From contig CAZJBV010000004.1 in assembly GCA_964544585.1 (NCBI GenBank), forward strand, positions 5,169 through 69,168: a DNA stretch of 64,000 nt, written 5' to 3'. This stretch comes from an uncultured Gammaproteobacteria bacterium. Its GTDB lineage: Bacteria > Patescibacteriota > Microgenomatia > 2-02-FULL-39-11. Below, in pieces: positions 8,958 through 19,040 of the stretch. A model generated the notes under the pieces. It had not been told where the DNA came from and ran no database searches. It saw only the letters and a list, made by a program, of their open reading frames with translations. Numbering within the stretch: the first letter of the stretch is position 1; each line of letters starts with the position of its first letter. The translations under genes and the position numbers were made by a program.

Positions 8958-10856
8958 CTAATAAAAAGGGTAAAATACCCATTCTATAAAAATATTATTT
9001 TCAAAAGGTTGAGGACCATTGTGGCGAAACCGTATCTCCAAAACGTCCTCTCCTTCCAAATTCTTTGAAAGCTTCTCAATATAAGGATCAACCCATACAC
9101 CAGAAGACATATTATCTACAACCAATCTATGAGTCACCTCACGATTTTGCAAACGATAATCTATATACGCTTCTGTTTCCTTCCAAATATATCTCAAAAG
9201 TCTACCAAAAGGCGTATATCCGGCGTAAACGTTTGCTCTTAAAACTCCCTGGTCAACCTCTTTAACTTTAATCCACTCATTCCACAACCCTAAAGTTCTC
9301 CCGATAATAACGGGCTTCTTAAAATGCAGAAAATTGTTTTTTTTCAAAAGAGCCACTGAAGAATCAATCAATTCTACATTATAATTATTAAAAATCGCCA
9401 TTATTGTATTTGGCTCATCATTTAATATATATCTTCCGTCGATACTTTCCATTTTCCCATATGTCTCCCAATTGTAGTGAAAAATGACAAATTCAGGCGC
9501 GACAGGCGAGGTAAAAAATGCTTCATTGCGTTTATCAAGCCAAGGCGTACTGACAATATACGACTGAAATACAGGACGTGGTTTCCAGGACAAATTATTT
9601 GCAGGTATGTATGATAACTCAAAGGGATAAGTATCAACTTCTTTATTTTTGATTCCTTCTTTGATTTGATCTGAAAGAACTGATTGAGGTAAGTTAACAA
9701 TACTAATATTTTGTAAGAAAGCAAAACGTTCATTATACTTAATTACAGATTCATAAAAATTGATAAATCCATTAAGATGTAAAAATCTATCTGCAATTTT
9801 AGATAAATCAAAAGGATAAGCTGGAAAAGTTACCAGAATATTAGCAAAAAGAATCACCAAAGATAAAATAATTAAACTTAAAACTTTTAATGCAACCCTC
9901 CCTATATAAATCAAAAATAGGAAAAAAAATATTAATATAAAATCCCAAAAATATAATACATGGTGAATATCTTCCCTCGAATATCCATATTTTGCTATTG
10001 CATACAATGTTGGAATAAATAAAAGATAATAAAAGATAACTTTCTTAGATCGCCATAAAAAAGGAACTCCGAAAAAAGATACTACGAACAGAAGATGCAA
10101 AAACCAATTTTCATTCTGACTTATTGTCATCGCCGAAGAATTACTTGAAGCTATTTCAAACCTGCTTAGGATAAAAGTTCCAATTCCAGAAAAAGTCCTG
10201 TTGGAAACTACCCAAAATATTAAAAAAAAGTAAATAAATCCTACAATTATAAATATCAACTCAATTATTTTCCGCCTCTTTCTAAAATGAGGAATAATCT
10301 CAAACAAAATAAAACTAAGAAGTATTAAAATCGATGAGACTGCAGAAGGCATCATGGTAAGAGTCGCAAATGCACTAACTCCAGTTCCAATCACTAAATA
10401 CCGTATTGATCCTGTCTCTTTGTAATACAATAAAGCCATAGCTACAGTGAACGGCAGCATGTACATGAAAAGATAGCGAAATTCTACAAATGACGAAAGT
10501 ATCAATACTAAAACGGCCAGAATTATCACGCGAATAGGTGTACCTTCGTTTGCTTCACCCAATTTAAGAGCCAAATAAATAAAAATTATTTTAATTATGC
10601 TAAATACAGCAATTGCAATGACTAAATTATTTCCTATAGCTTGAGGAAACATAAGAAACCCAAGTGGACCATAAGAAAAAATAATATCCTTTCCAACTAC
10701 CGCACCCTGATCAAATAAATAATTCAATGCCCATATATAAGAATGATCCAAACCTGGCTGAGCCGAAAAACCAATTAATGGAAAAGTCAAAAAAAAGATA
10801 ACTATTGTAGCTAAAAATAAAAAATTTCTTTTAAAAGCCAATAAAATTTGCTTCAT
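8958..10856 (-). CDS. polytopic membrane protein with large C-terminal external domain, putative GT-C glycosyltransferase
   Basis: GLDHSYIWALN, FSYGPLG, YSREDIHH, PRPVFQSY, IDGRY motifs; glycan-locus context. Confidence 0.55.
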   Translation of the reverse strand: MKQILLAFKRNFLFLATIVIFFLTFPLIGFSAQPGLDHSYIWALNYLFDQGAVVGKDIIFSYGPLGFLMFPQAIGNNLVIAIAVFSIIKIIFIYLALKLGEANEGTPIRVIILAVLVLILSSFVEFRYLFMYMLPFTVAMALLYYKETGSIRYLVIGTGVSAFATLTMMPSAVSSILILLSFILFEIIPHFRKRRKIIELIFIIVGFIYFFLIFWVVSNRTFSGIGTFILSRFEIASSNSSAMTISQNENWFLHLLFVVSFFGVPFLWRSKKVIFYYLLFIPTLYAIAKYGYSREDIHHVLYFWDFILIFFFLFLIYIGRVALKVLSLIILSLVILFANILVTFPAYPFDLSKIADRFLHLNGFINFYESVIKYNERFAFLQNISIVNLPQSVLSDQIKEGIKNKEVDTYPFELSYIPANNLSWKPRPVFQSYIVSTPWLDKRNEAFFTSPVAPEFVIFHYNWETYGKMESIDGRYILNDEPNTIMAIFNNYNVELIDSSVALLKKNNFLHFKKPVIIGRTLGLWNEWIKVKEVDQGVLRANVYAGYTPFGRLLRYIWKETEAYIDYRLQNREVTHRLVVDNMSSGVWVDPYIEKLSKNLEGEDVLEIRFRHNGPQPFENNIFIEWVFYPFY

Positions 10857-12487
10857 TTGGTAAACTTATAAATCCGAAACTCTTCAAGAGATGTGGTCAA
10901 TATCGCCCAAGGAAGAAAGCGATCGCCAGTTGCATAGTATCCCCTCGGAGCAACTAACGAATCCGTCAAAGTCCGAAATACGGTCAAAATATTATGTGGT
11001 ACTTCTTCCGGGGTTATATATTGTAAATATTGCTGATGATTTGGATTTATATACTGCGTTTCAGTAGATGGTAAGACTAAATAGTCTCCGTTTAAAAATT
11101 CAGACCTCCACGTATCATATTGCATCATACCCTCTTTTCTTGCATACCACTGCCATCCCCAATGACCGGCAAAAAATATAGAAGTAAAATCTCCTTTTTG
11201 TTGTTGAAACGTCTTTACAGATTGCAATAATCTAGGCGCATAATTTCTGTATACATCAGCAGTAATCCAGTCAGAAATTGCCAATATTATTCCCAAAAAT
11301 AAAGTCAGAAAACATGCGAAAAGCACCACTGGTTTCGACAAATGAACATAAAGAACACTTCCTAAAATAAGAAGAACTACTGGAATCACGATAAGTACAT
11401 GCCGTACCGCCATAAAGGGAACAAAAATACTCATCACAATCGATCCTCCCAAAAACCAGAAAAAAAGGATAATATATGGGATATTCTTTTCTTCAGAGAA
11501 ATGGGATTTGATCCGCCGGAATATAAAGAAAAAGTAATACAATAAAAGACTAATAAGAAAAATACCATTTGCAAGGAATGCAAGACGAAGAATATAACTT
11601 GAAGTTGGCTCCCCACTAAATATCCAGTTAGCTTGGGAATAAAATATTGAAAAAACGATACTTCCAATAAGTATTATTGCGCGTCTATCAAAAAGACAAA
11701 ATGGTACCAATACAAGCGTAAAAGGACTCATTGATCCTATTGTTACCACAAAGAGAACTACCCATTGTCTTATCCTCTCAATTGAAATAGGTGTATTTTG
11801 TGATCCCAAAATATGTATCCCGCCATACTCCCAGTAATTAAATAAAGACCAACCAATTATAATTGCGATTGGTATCAATATAACCCAAAAAAGACTCCAT
11901 CGCCGGCGAAGAATAATATCTAAACAAAGTATTGGTACAAGAATAAAACCAGAGTATTTTGTCATTGTTGCAAAACCAATCATCAAGGCTGCAAAAACGT
12001 ATCTTTTCAATGCTCCTGATTGTCCGTATGGCGTCAAAAGTGCCCAGAAAAATGCTAGCCAAAAGGCAACATTTGGCACATCCAGCATCAAATTTTGGCC
12101 TGGCAAGAAAGACGGCCCCAATATAAACATCGCCGTAAATATAAATCTATATTTGAACACAAACTGCTTTGCTAAAAGATAAAAGAATATAATGGATCCG
12201 AGAGTAAATATTGACATCAGTAGATGCATTCCAAATTCAGATATGCCAAAAATTCGAATGACAAAAGCATAAAGATATGGAATAAAAAGAGGATGATACC
12301 TATATCTAATTTGCTCGAGAGTATCAAACCAATTCAACCATCCAGACATAGGATGAAGTGGATCTTGTGCTATATGAATTGCTTCTTCGATATATGCAGT
12401 ATCATCAATATGAAGCGCTTTAGTCAGATTAAATACGGTTGCCAGAAGCCATATAAAAAAGAGTATCAGTAGGGTTTTATTAATCAT
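10853..12487 (-). CDS. GT-C fold (ArnT/GT83-like) membrane glycosyltransferase
   Basis: HIDDTAY, HPL, MLDVP, TKYSG motifs, polytopic. Confidence 0.75.
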   Translation of the reverse strand: MINKTLLILFFIWLLATVFNLTKALHIDDTAYIEEAIHIAQDPLHPMSGWLNWFDTLEQIRYRYHPLFIPYLYAFVIRIFGISEFGMHLLMSIFTLGSIIFFYLLAKQFVFKYRFIFTAMFILGPSFLPGQNLMLDVPNVAFWLAFFWALLTPYGQSGALKRYVFAALMIGFATMTKYSGFILVPILCLDIILRRRWSLFWVILIPIAIIIGWSLFNYWEYGGIHILGSQNTPISIERIRQWVVLFVVTIGSMSPFTLVLVPFCLFDRRAIILIGSIVFSIFYSQANWIFSGEPTSSYILRLAFLANGIFLISLLLYYFFFIFRRIKSHFSEEKNIPYIILFFWFLGGSIVMSIFVPFMAVRHVLIVIPVVLLILGSVLYVHLSKPVVLFACFLTLFLGIILAISDWITADVYRNYAPRLLQSVKTFQQQKGDFTSIFFAGHWGWQWYARKEGMMQYDTWRSEFLNGDYLVLPSTETQYINPNHQQYLQYITPEEVPHNILTVFRTLTDSLVAPRGYYATGDRFLPWAILTTSLEEFRIYKFTK

Positions 12488-13079
12488 TAATTTTTTCCAA
12501 ATTATACCTCAAAATAATAGAGTCCAACACAGCCTTTTGCACTCGAAACCCAATTCTTTTATAAAAGCCAAAAGCGTCTTTGTTACTTTTTAAAGTATCG
12601 ACATAGAGATATCTCACTCGGAGAATAATATATTGTTTCATTATTTTATTTATCAAACTTTTTCCTACTCCCTTTTTTTGATAGTCATTTGCAACAAAAA
12701 GTGTCAGAATCGTCGCATATGGTTTAGTAAATTTAGTGACCAGAATTTTCTCGAAATGGAATTTACGATATAGCTCTGAAAGAGAAATCTTGCCCAAAAA
12801 AGTCGCCTTTAGTATCAATAAAACTGTTTTAAATGTAATCAGTGTCTTTAAAAAACTCTGCGTTTTATTCAAGTCAACAGTAGAAGTAACAACGCCAACT
12901 ATCTTCCTGTCTACTTCCGCTACATACAAGGCGTGGATATCTTCATGTTTCAATAAAGTAACATAAAGTAACTCGAGGTAGGATTCTCCTATTTTAGATG
13001 ACAATGTATTTGGCAATATCTCCAAATGAAGTCTGACTACATCCTCCAAATCTCGTATCCTAAGCAAACGGATTATCAT
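12480..13079 (-). CDS. GNAT family N-acetyltransferase
   Basis: FVANDYQKKGVGKSL, NKDAFGFYKRIGF; similar to 3578-4156. Confidence 0.85.
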   Translation of the reverse strand: MIIRLLRIRDLEDVVRLHLEILPNTLSSKIGESYLELLYVTLLKHEDIHALYVAEVDRKIVGVVTSTVDLNKTQSFLKTLITFKTVLLILKATFLGKISLSELYRKFHFEKILVTKFTKPYATILTLFVANDYQKKGVGKSLINKIMKQYIILRVRYLYVDTLKSNKDAFGFYKRIGFRVQKAVLDSIILRYNLEKIND

Positions 13080-13822
13080 GGCATCGTACGCAAAATATGT
13101 TTTTCGGTAAGAAGTTGCATCGTCATCATCATATACTTACTTCCTCGCCGAAGATACTGCAATAGATTTTGCCCTGTCTTAGAAATGCCTTTTCTCCGAG
13201 GTAAACAAATATATGGAATTTCTACTATTTTAAATCCGTATGCAAATGATTTATATATAAAATCGATAAAGTATTCACCATAATCGCCTCGTAGCCTTAT
13301 CTTTCGAAAAACATTTTTCCTTACTGCCACAAAACCGCTCGTATAATCTCGAAAATGCCTACCCAATAAAATCTGTATGGAATAATTCATTAACCGACTC
13401 AAGAAAACCGCCAGGAGAGAATCCTTCATTCCTTCAGCCTGCTTCTTAAAAGCCCCGCCTTTCACAAATCTTGATCCGACAGCAATATCAAAACCTTTAT
13501 CTATTTTTTTCAATAACTCATTTATTAAAGATGGTGGCATGGAAAAATCACAATCCATCCAGACAATAATATTTCCTCTGGCAATATCGATTCCTCTTTG
13601 AATACTGTTTGTCAATCCCCTATTTTTTACACGCATCTCCACTAGTACGTTTTTTATTCCATATTTGTTGATATAATTGCCGACAATATTTGCCGTCCCA
13701 TCCGGAGAATTATCATCAACCACAATAATCTCTTTTTTTATTTTCACCATCTTCGTAATTTCTTTAATTAAGGGAATAATATTTTCCGCTTCATTATAAG
13801 TAGGAAGAATGATAGAAATCAT
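13076..13822 (-). CDS. GT2 polyprenol-phosphate glycosyltransferase (DPM1-like)
   Basis: PTYNEAENI, VDDNSPDGT, MDCDFS, GSRF, DYTSGF. Confidence 0.9.
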   Translation of the reverse strand: MISIILPTYNEAENIIPLIKEITKMVKIKKEIIVVDDNSPDGTANIVGNYINKYGIKNVLVEMRVKNRGLTNSIQRGIDIARGNIIVWMDCDFSMPPSLINELLKKIDKGFDIAVGSRFVKGGAFKKQAEGMKDSLLAVFLSRLMNYSIQILLGRHFRDYTSGFVAVRKNVFRKIRLRGDYGEYFIDFIYKSFAYGFKIVEIPYICLPRRKGISKTGQNLLQYLRRGSKYMMMTMQLLTEKHILRTMP

Positions 13823-14958
13823 GAAAGTATTTTTTTTATAGCCGCAACTACTGATCTTATTTGTCTTTCTGTAATTGCCAAACCCGACGGTATATAAAAA
13901 CCTCTTCGCGATAAATCATCAGATATAGGACATTTCTCCTTCTTAAAAAATCCCAAATTTCGCAAAATAGGCTGTCTATGCAAGGGTATAAAATAATCTC
14001 TTGTATCTATTCCACTCATTCGCAGTCTATTGCAAAGTTCGTCTCGAGTAATATATAATTTTTTAGTAACACGCGGCGCATACATCCAGTAAACATTTAT
14101 CACTCCCGGCAAAGAGGATGGTAGCTCTAAATTTTCTATATTTTGAAGACCTCTATTATAAAGTTGCGCCATCCAGAGCTTTTTTTTTATATAACTTTCG
14201 ACTTCTTCAAGCTGAGCCAAACCCAATGCTGCCTGTAAATTAGTCATCCTGTAATTAAAACCCAATTCTTCATGGTAAAATCGCCTTTTGGGAGAATGAG
14301 CTAAATCTTTAAGAAGTCTTGCTTTTTTTGCTATGTCTGGATTATTTGTCACAACCATTCCGCCCTCTCCTGTCGTCACAATTTTATTTCCATAAAATGA
14401 AAAACATCCAATATCTCCCAACGATCCCACTTTTTTCCATTCATACATCCTTGCATTCTCCATTTTTTTCATTTGTATTTCCGCTCCGTGCGCCTCTGCC
14501 GCATCCTCAACCACATAAAGATTATGCTTTTTAGCAATTCGGATAATTTCATTCATCTTTGCCGGATGTCCATAAAGATGGACTACCATAATTGCTTTTG
14601 TTTTCCTTGTAATTTTTTCTTCTATTAAATTTGGATCAATATTTCCAGTTGTACTTTCCACATCAACTACAACCGGATTTGCTCCCGTATATAAAACCGC
14701 ATAAGCACAAGATATGATTGTTAGATCAGGAAGTATTACTTCATCGCCTTTTCCAATACCTAAAGAAGCAAGAGCCAAGTGGAGCGCGGCAGTCCCATTT
14801 GTCGTGGAGACTCCATATTTTGTCCCTATATATGAAGAAAATGCTTCTTCAAATTCTCCTATATATTTTCCTGCAGAAGATACCCACCCTGTCTTTATAC
14901 AGTCACTAACATATCTTTGCGCATTTTTACCAATAAGAGGCTCATTTACGGGAATCAT
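13819..14958 (-). CDS. DegT family aminotransferase, perosamine synthase-like
   Basis: MIPVNEP, GWVSSAG, NGTAALHLAL, SFYGNKIVTTGEGG, GFNYRMTNLQAA. Confidence 0.92.
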   Translation of the reverse strand: MIPVNEPLIGKNAQRYVSDCIKTGWVSSAGKYIGEFEEAFSSYIGTKYGVSTTNGTAALHLALASLGIGKGDEVILPDLTIISCAYAVLYTGANPVVVDVESTTGNIDPNLIEEKITRKTKAIMVVHLYGHPAKMNEIIRIAKKHNLYVVEDAAEAHGAEIQMKKMENARMYEWKKVGSLGDIGCFSFYGNKIVTTGEGGMVVTNNPDIAKKARLLKDLAHSPKRRFYHEELGFNYRMTNLQAALGLAQLEEVESYIKKKLWMAQLYNRGLQNIENLELPSSLPGVINVYWMYAPRVTKKLYITRDELCNRLRMSGIDTRDYFIPLHRQPILRNLGFFKKEKCPISDDLSRRGFYIPSGLAITERQIRSVVAAIKKILS

Positions 14959-14970
14959 AATAACTAAAAA

Positions 14971-15399
14971 TTAAGATCGAAAATATATCTTGGCGTGCTC
15001 TGTACCAGGGTAAGGACCCTGTTTTACCTCAAATATCTTTGTATTGGCAAGGACCTTTATTCCATGTCCCTCTTTCATCAGAAGAATGCTATCACCCGTC
15101 TTTAAAATCTTACGTGTTATGGTAAAACCCTCTTTAGTATAAAGAGTTACCAATATTTTACCTTCTTGAATTACTAAAACTTCTTGAATAGTATCTATAT
15201 TTAAAGACTTTTGCATTTTATGTATATGCGGGGAAAGAACGGTACCTTTTTTTCGCTGATGGATACCTATTTGAAAAGGATTAGAAACATCCGTAAAAAA
15301 CTTCACGCCTAATACTTGAATATTTCTTCTCAAAACCAAAGCCACAATCTGCTTTTTATGTCTTACAAACTCTACGCCTTTCATAACATATATATTCAA
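14971..15399 (-). CDS. cupin-fold protein (sugar-nucleotide isomerase-like)
   Basis: PHIH...QEVL...GHG...EVKQGPY cupin metal motifs. Confidence 0.7.
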   Translation of the reverse strand: MNIYVMKGVEFVRHKKQIVALVLRRNIQVLGVKFFTDVSNPFQIGIHQRKKGTVLSPHIHKMQKSLNIDTIQEVLVIQEGKILVTLYTKEGFTITRKILKTGDSILLMKEGHGIKVLANTKIFEVKQGPYPGTEHAKIYFRS

Positions 15400-16361
15400 A
15401 ACCTATGCCTATATATTAACGGTTCTTTTGACAATTTATCCCAATTTTGATTCACCCACTCCACCACTTCATCGATTCCCTTCTCCAATGTAATTTCTGG
15501 CATCCATCCCAAATGTCTGATTTTACTAGAATCCAAAACATATGCTTTATCCTGCCCCAACCGATCAGAAGCAATATTGGCTGAATTTTTGAATGACACC
15601 CCCATCTTCTCACAAATCATTCTAACCAAATCTCTTATCGAAATACTTCTATCCGGTGAAATATGATATATCTCTCCATCCTTTCCCTTCAAAAGAGCAA
15701 TTAGTTCTCCGTGGCTTACATCTTTTATATGAATATATGACTTAATCGCCCTCCCACCCCCTTCAAGCGGGATTTTTATCTTTTTCTTTATTGAAATAAT
15801 TGTTTTTGGAATAATTCTAAAAGCTTGTTGACCAGGTCCATACACATTTGTTGATCTAATAAAAATAACGGGAAAATTATAATTTTTATTTATGGTCATT
15901 AAATACAAATCTACCGCAGCCTTTGATGCCGCATAAGGAGTACTTGGATTCAATTTAGTATCCTCTTTTGCTCTCCCGATTGTTGTTCCATACACTTCCG
16001 GCGTCGAAATGTGTACATATCTCTTCAAATATTTCTTCTCCTTCAAAAAATTAGCCAATGAAACGATCGCAAAACAATTAGTTTGAAAATAATGTTCGGG
16101 ATAATTCCAGCTTGAGGATACCTCCACCAATCCGGCAAAATTAATTATATACTCCGGCCGAAAATCATCAAAAAGTTCAAATAACTTTTTCCGCTGGGAA
16201 TTAAGGTCAATCTGTGCAAAACGAAAATTTTGATTTTTGATTTTTGATTTTTCTTTCGACCTGCTTACTCCGACCACTTCCCAATCCCCCTCATTTAATA
16301 AAAGATCCACAAAATGACTTCCAGAAAACGAATTACTCCCCAATACAACAATCTTTTTCAT
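15396..16361 (-). CDS. NDP-sugar 4,6-dehydratase-like SDR
   Basis: GSNSFSG, STPEVYG, PSTPYAASKA, NVYGPGQ, RLGQD.AY. Confidence 0.85.
   Translation of the reverse strand: MKKIVVLGSNSFSGSHFVDLLLNEGDWEVVGVSRSKEKSKIKNQNFRFAQIDLNSQRKKLFELFDDFRPEYIINFAGLVEVSSSWNYPEHYFQTNCFAIVSLANFLKEKKYLKRYVHISTPEVYGTTIGRAKEDTKLNPSTPYAASKAAVDLYLMTINKNYNFPVIFIRSTNVYGPGQQAFRIIPKTIISIKKKIKIPLEGGGRAIKSYIHIKDVSHGELIALLKGKDGEIYHISPDRSISIRDLVRMICEKMGVSFKNSANIASDRLGQDKAYVLDSSKIRHLGWMPEITLEKGIDEVVEWVNQNWDKLSKEPLIYRHRF
16228..16252. repeat. heptamer tandem repeat (TTTTTGA)x3.6 inside dehydratase CDS
   Basis: Read directly; encodes KSKIKNQ. Confidence 0.8.
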
Positions 16362-17434
16362 TAAAACGGCCCTTTAAATCTTAAATCTGGCACATCCGAC
16401 GGTATTTCTTTCTTTTTTTCGATTTCCGCAGCCAAAATTCTTTTTGCTTTATCGCTTTGTACTCCCATTAAACGTAAAGCTTTCTCTAAAATATCTATAT
16501 GAGTTGGATAATAATATTCTGCCAATTTCCATGAAGTCGGAGTAGGACTATCCGGCAATGTTAGCGTCACCGGCGCCATTTTCAGGCTCGAAAAGGCATT
16601 TTTATACACCCTCGCCAAAATCTCTGAAGCAGTCCCAAAAGAAGAAAATCCTGTATCACAGACGATCAGTCTCCCGGTTTTCTTTATCGATTTTAATAAA
16701 GACTTCTCATCCAAGGGTTTAACCGTCCTTAAATCTATGACTTCTGCCTCAATACCCTCTTTTTTCAAGACATCCGCTACTCTCATACATTCTACTACCA
16801 TATATGATGTACCAACTAACGTGATATCGTTTCCCAATTTCGCTAGTCGTACGCGACCAATGTGCTCGGTATAATATTTCTCAGGCACCGCGCCTTTTAT
16901 CCCATGTAGCCATCTATGTTCTATAAAAATGACAGGATTAGGATCAACGAGAGCTGAAATTAGCATTCCCTTAGCATCAGCAGGAGTCACTGGCATAACC
17001 ACTTTCAGTCCCGGAAAATGCCCATACATCGCCTGTAAACTCTGCGAATGTTGTGCTCCCTGTCCCCATCCTCGCCCCACTATCATTCTTATAACAATTG
17101 GCACACTTTGTATTTCCCCAAACATCGAATACCACTTTGCCGCCACATTGACTATCTGATCTACAGAATATATCGAAAAGTCGACCCTCTGGTGCGTTAG
17201 GAGTGGGCGCAAACCGCGAAGTGCAGCCCCTATGCATACTCCCGTTATTCCACTCTCTGAAACAGGCATATCCATTACCCTTTTTTTGCCATATTTTTTT
17301 TGCAAACCCAATGTCGTCCCAAATATTCCCTTTGGATCAGGCACTCCTTCACCTATCACAAAGATTCTTTTATCTCGTGCCATCGCCTGATCCGTTGCTT
17401 CATAAATTGCTTGAGCGTATGTTATATTTCTCAT
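16361..17434 (-). CDS. TPP-dependent 2-oxoacid dehydrogenase E1 beta-like subunit
   Basis: DMPVSE, GQGAQHSQS, PVIFIEH, IDLRTVKPLD. Confidence 0.9.
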   Translation of the reverse strand: MRNITYAQAIYEATDQAMARDKRIFVIGEGVPDPKGIFGTTLGLQKKYGKKRVMDMPVSESGITGVCIGAALRGLRPLLTHQRVDFSIYSVDQIVNVAAKWYSMFGEIQSVPIVIRMIVGRGWGQGAQHSQSLQAMYGHFPGLKVVMPVTPADAKGMLISALVDPNPVIFIEHRWLHGIKGAVPEKYYTEHIGRVRLAKLGNDITLVGTSYMVVECMRVADVLKKEGIEAEVIDLRTVKPLDEKSLLKSIKKTGRLIVCDTGFSSFGTASEILARVYKNAFSSLKMAPVTLTLPDSPTPTSWKLAEYYYPTHIDILEKALRLMGVQSDKAKRILAAEIEKKKEIPSDVPDLRFKGPF

Positions 17435-18387
17435 GCGTAAACCTTTCTTAACATTTTCTTATCCGGGTACGGACTATTCTTTGCAAATTCAAAGGCTTTT
17501 TCAATCTCTCCTCCTATTTCCTTTTTCATTTCTTCAATTTCCAAAGTAGTTAAAATTTTTTTTTCAAGAATATAGTTAGTAAAAAGTTTAATTGGGTCCT
17601 TTTTTTGCCACAATCTGATTTCTTTCTCTGGCCTATATCCAGGTGGATCATAAAGATGGCCACAGTGCTCCAAATATCTATACGTTGTCAACTCTACAAA
17701 CACCGGCTTTTTTTCTTTTTTTACATAAGCCAAAGCCTTCCCACCCACGTTATAGACCTCCATTACATCATTTCCGTCTCCCGAAAAAGTTTTTATTCCC
17801 ATGCCTTTAGCCCGTGGCCAAATGGAAATGCTTGGCTGCCTATCCAAAATATGAGTCGATATGGAATATAAATTATTCTCGCAAATAAAAAGAATTGGAA
17901 TATTTCTTAAAACTGCAAAATTGACGCTCTCAAAAAATACCCCTTGTTCAGTCGCCGCATCGCCAAAAAAGACGGCTCCTACAGTGTCATTTCCCTTCAA
18001 TGTCTCCGCCCAAACGGCTCCGACTGCCAAAGGTATAGTTTCGGAAACAATAGGAATCGCCCCACAAAAATTAACCGAAAGATCAATCAGGTGTTGCGAC
18101 CCTCCTATCCCCCCACTACAACCAGTTGCCTTTCCATAAAGTTCCGCAACCATCGCCTTAAGGTCTCCACCTTTTGCCAAATAATGGCCATGCGATCTGT
18201 GATAAGAAAAAACAATGTCCTTTTGCCGAAGGTGGAAAGAGATTCCAGTAGCTATTGCTTCTTGTCCTATATACAAATGGGTCGGGCATCTTATTTCCTG
18301 TTTTTTATATTCCTCGGCAATTCCCTCTTCCACCATCCTTATCCTGAGAAGCTGATAAAAAAGTTTTTTAATAATTTTATTTGTCAT
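17431..18387 (-). CDS. TPP-dependent 2-oxoacid dehydrogenase E1 alpha-like subunit
   Basis: HLYIGQEA, HRSHGH, GDA...ENN TPP motif, TYRYLEH. Confidence 0.9.
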   Translation of the reverse strand: MTNKIIKKLFYQLLRIRMVEEGIAEEYKKQEIRCPTHLYIGQEAIATGISFHLRQKDIVFSYHRSHGHYLAKGGDLKAMVAELYGKATGCSGGIGGSQHLIDLSVNFCGAIPIVSETIPLAVGAVWAETLKGNDTVGAVFFGDAATEQGVFFESVNFAVLRNIPILFICENNLYSISTHILDRQPSISIWPRAKGMGIKTFSGDGNDVMEVYNVGGKALAYVKKEKKPVFVELTTYRYLEHCGHLYDPPGYRPEKEIRLWQKKDPIKLFTNYILEKKILTTLEIEEMKKEIGGEIEKAFEFAKNSPYPDKKMLRKVYA

Positions 18388-19016
18388 TTAAATGGTACAG
18401 CTCTATTTTTACTTCTCTTTCCTTCATGTTTAACGAGCGAAATCCAAGAAGTCATAATATGGTCAACCACAAGCTGTATGTCCTCACATGGACCATAATG
18501 ACGACTTTTAGTAATAATTGCCTCATCAACCATCTTCCCCAATTTTCCTCCGGTAGTAAACCCCAAAATTCCTACCGTCGTCGCTCGACACTTTTTGGCA
18601 TATTTTATTGCCCGGATTAGATTCGGACTATTTCCTGATCCTGATAGAGCCAAAACCACATCCCCCCTCTCTATCAGATTTCTAAGTTGCTGCACAAAAA
18701 TATCCTCAAACGAAAGATCATTGCCATACGCAGTCAACGTCGCCACATTATCAGTCAGACTATAGACTCTCAAACGCTTTTCTTTCTGATCATAAACTCG
18801 CCTCAATGTTCCTTTGGAAAGATCACACGCCATATGAGACGCAGTTGCTGCACTCCCGCCGTTTCCTATTATAAATACCTTTTTATCTCCTTTATAAGCT
18901 CTTAAAAGTATATTAATTACTTTCTCAATCTGTTTTTTATCAAGACTATCAAGCGTCTTCTTCAATTCTTCTATATACCTGTCAATAAAAGTCACAAGTC
19001 TTAATTTCTTTGGCAT
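18384..19016 (-). CDS. gmhA: phosphoheptose isomerase (SIS domain)
   Basis: GNGGSAATASH, TAYGND, F.QQL, SGSGNSPN, ED....H. Confidence 0.8.
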   Translation of the reverse strand: MPKKLRLVTFIDRYIEELKKTLDSLDKKQIEKVINILLRAYKGDKKVFIIGNGGSAATASHMACDLSKGTLRRVYDQKEKRLRVYSLTDNVATLTAYGNDLSFEDIFVQQLRNLIERGDVVLALSGSGNSPNLIRAIKYAKKCRATTVGILGFTTGGKLGKMVDEAIITKSRHYGPCEDIQLVVDHIMTSWISLVKHEGKRSKNRAVPFK

Positions 19017-19040
19017 ACATAAGGCAGGATCTTAAATTAA

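Noticed and set aside
14438-14472. Degenerate CAT-periodic stretch giving the insert MKKMENARMYEW in the perosamine-synthase-like protein
   Set aside because: Spacing is irregular (7-9 nt); it may be a decayed repeat but is too degenerate to call.
16361-18387. Annotation as pdhA/pdhB of central metabolism
   Set aside because: No E2/E3 nearby and the pair is embedded in a nucleotide-sugar operon, so gene symbols were withheld.
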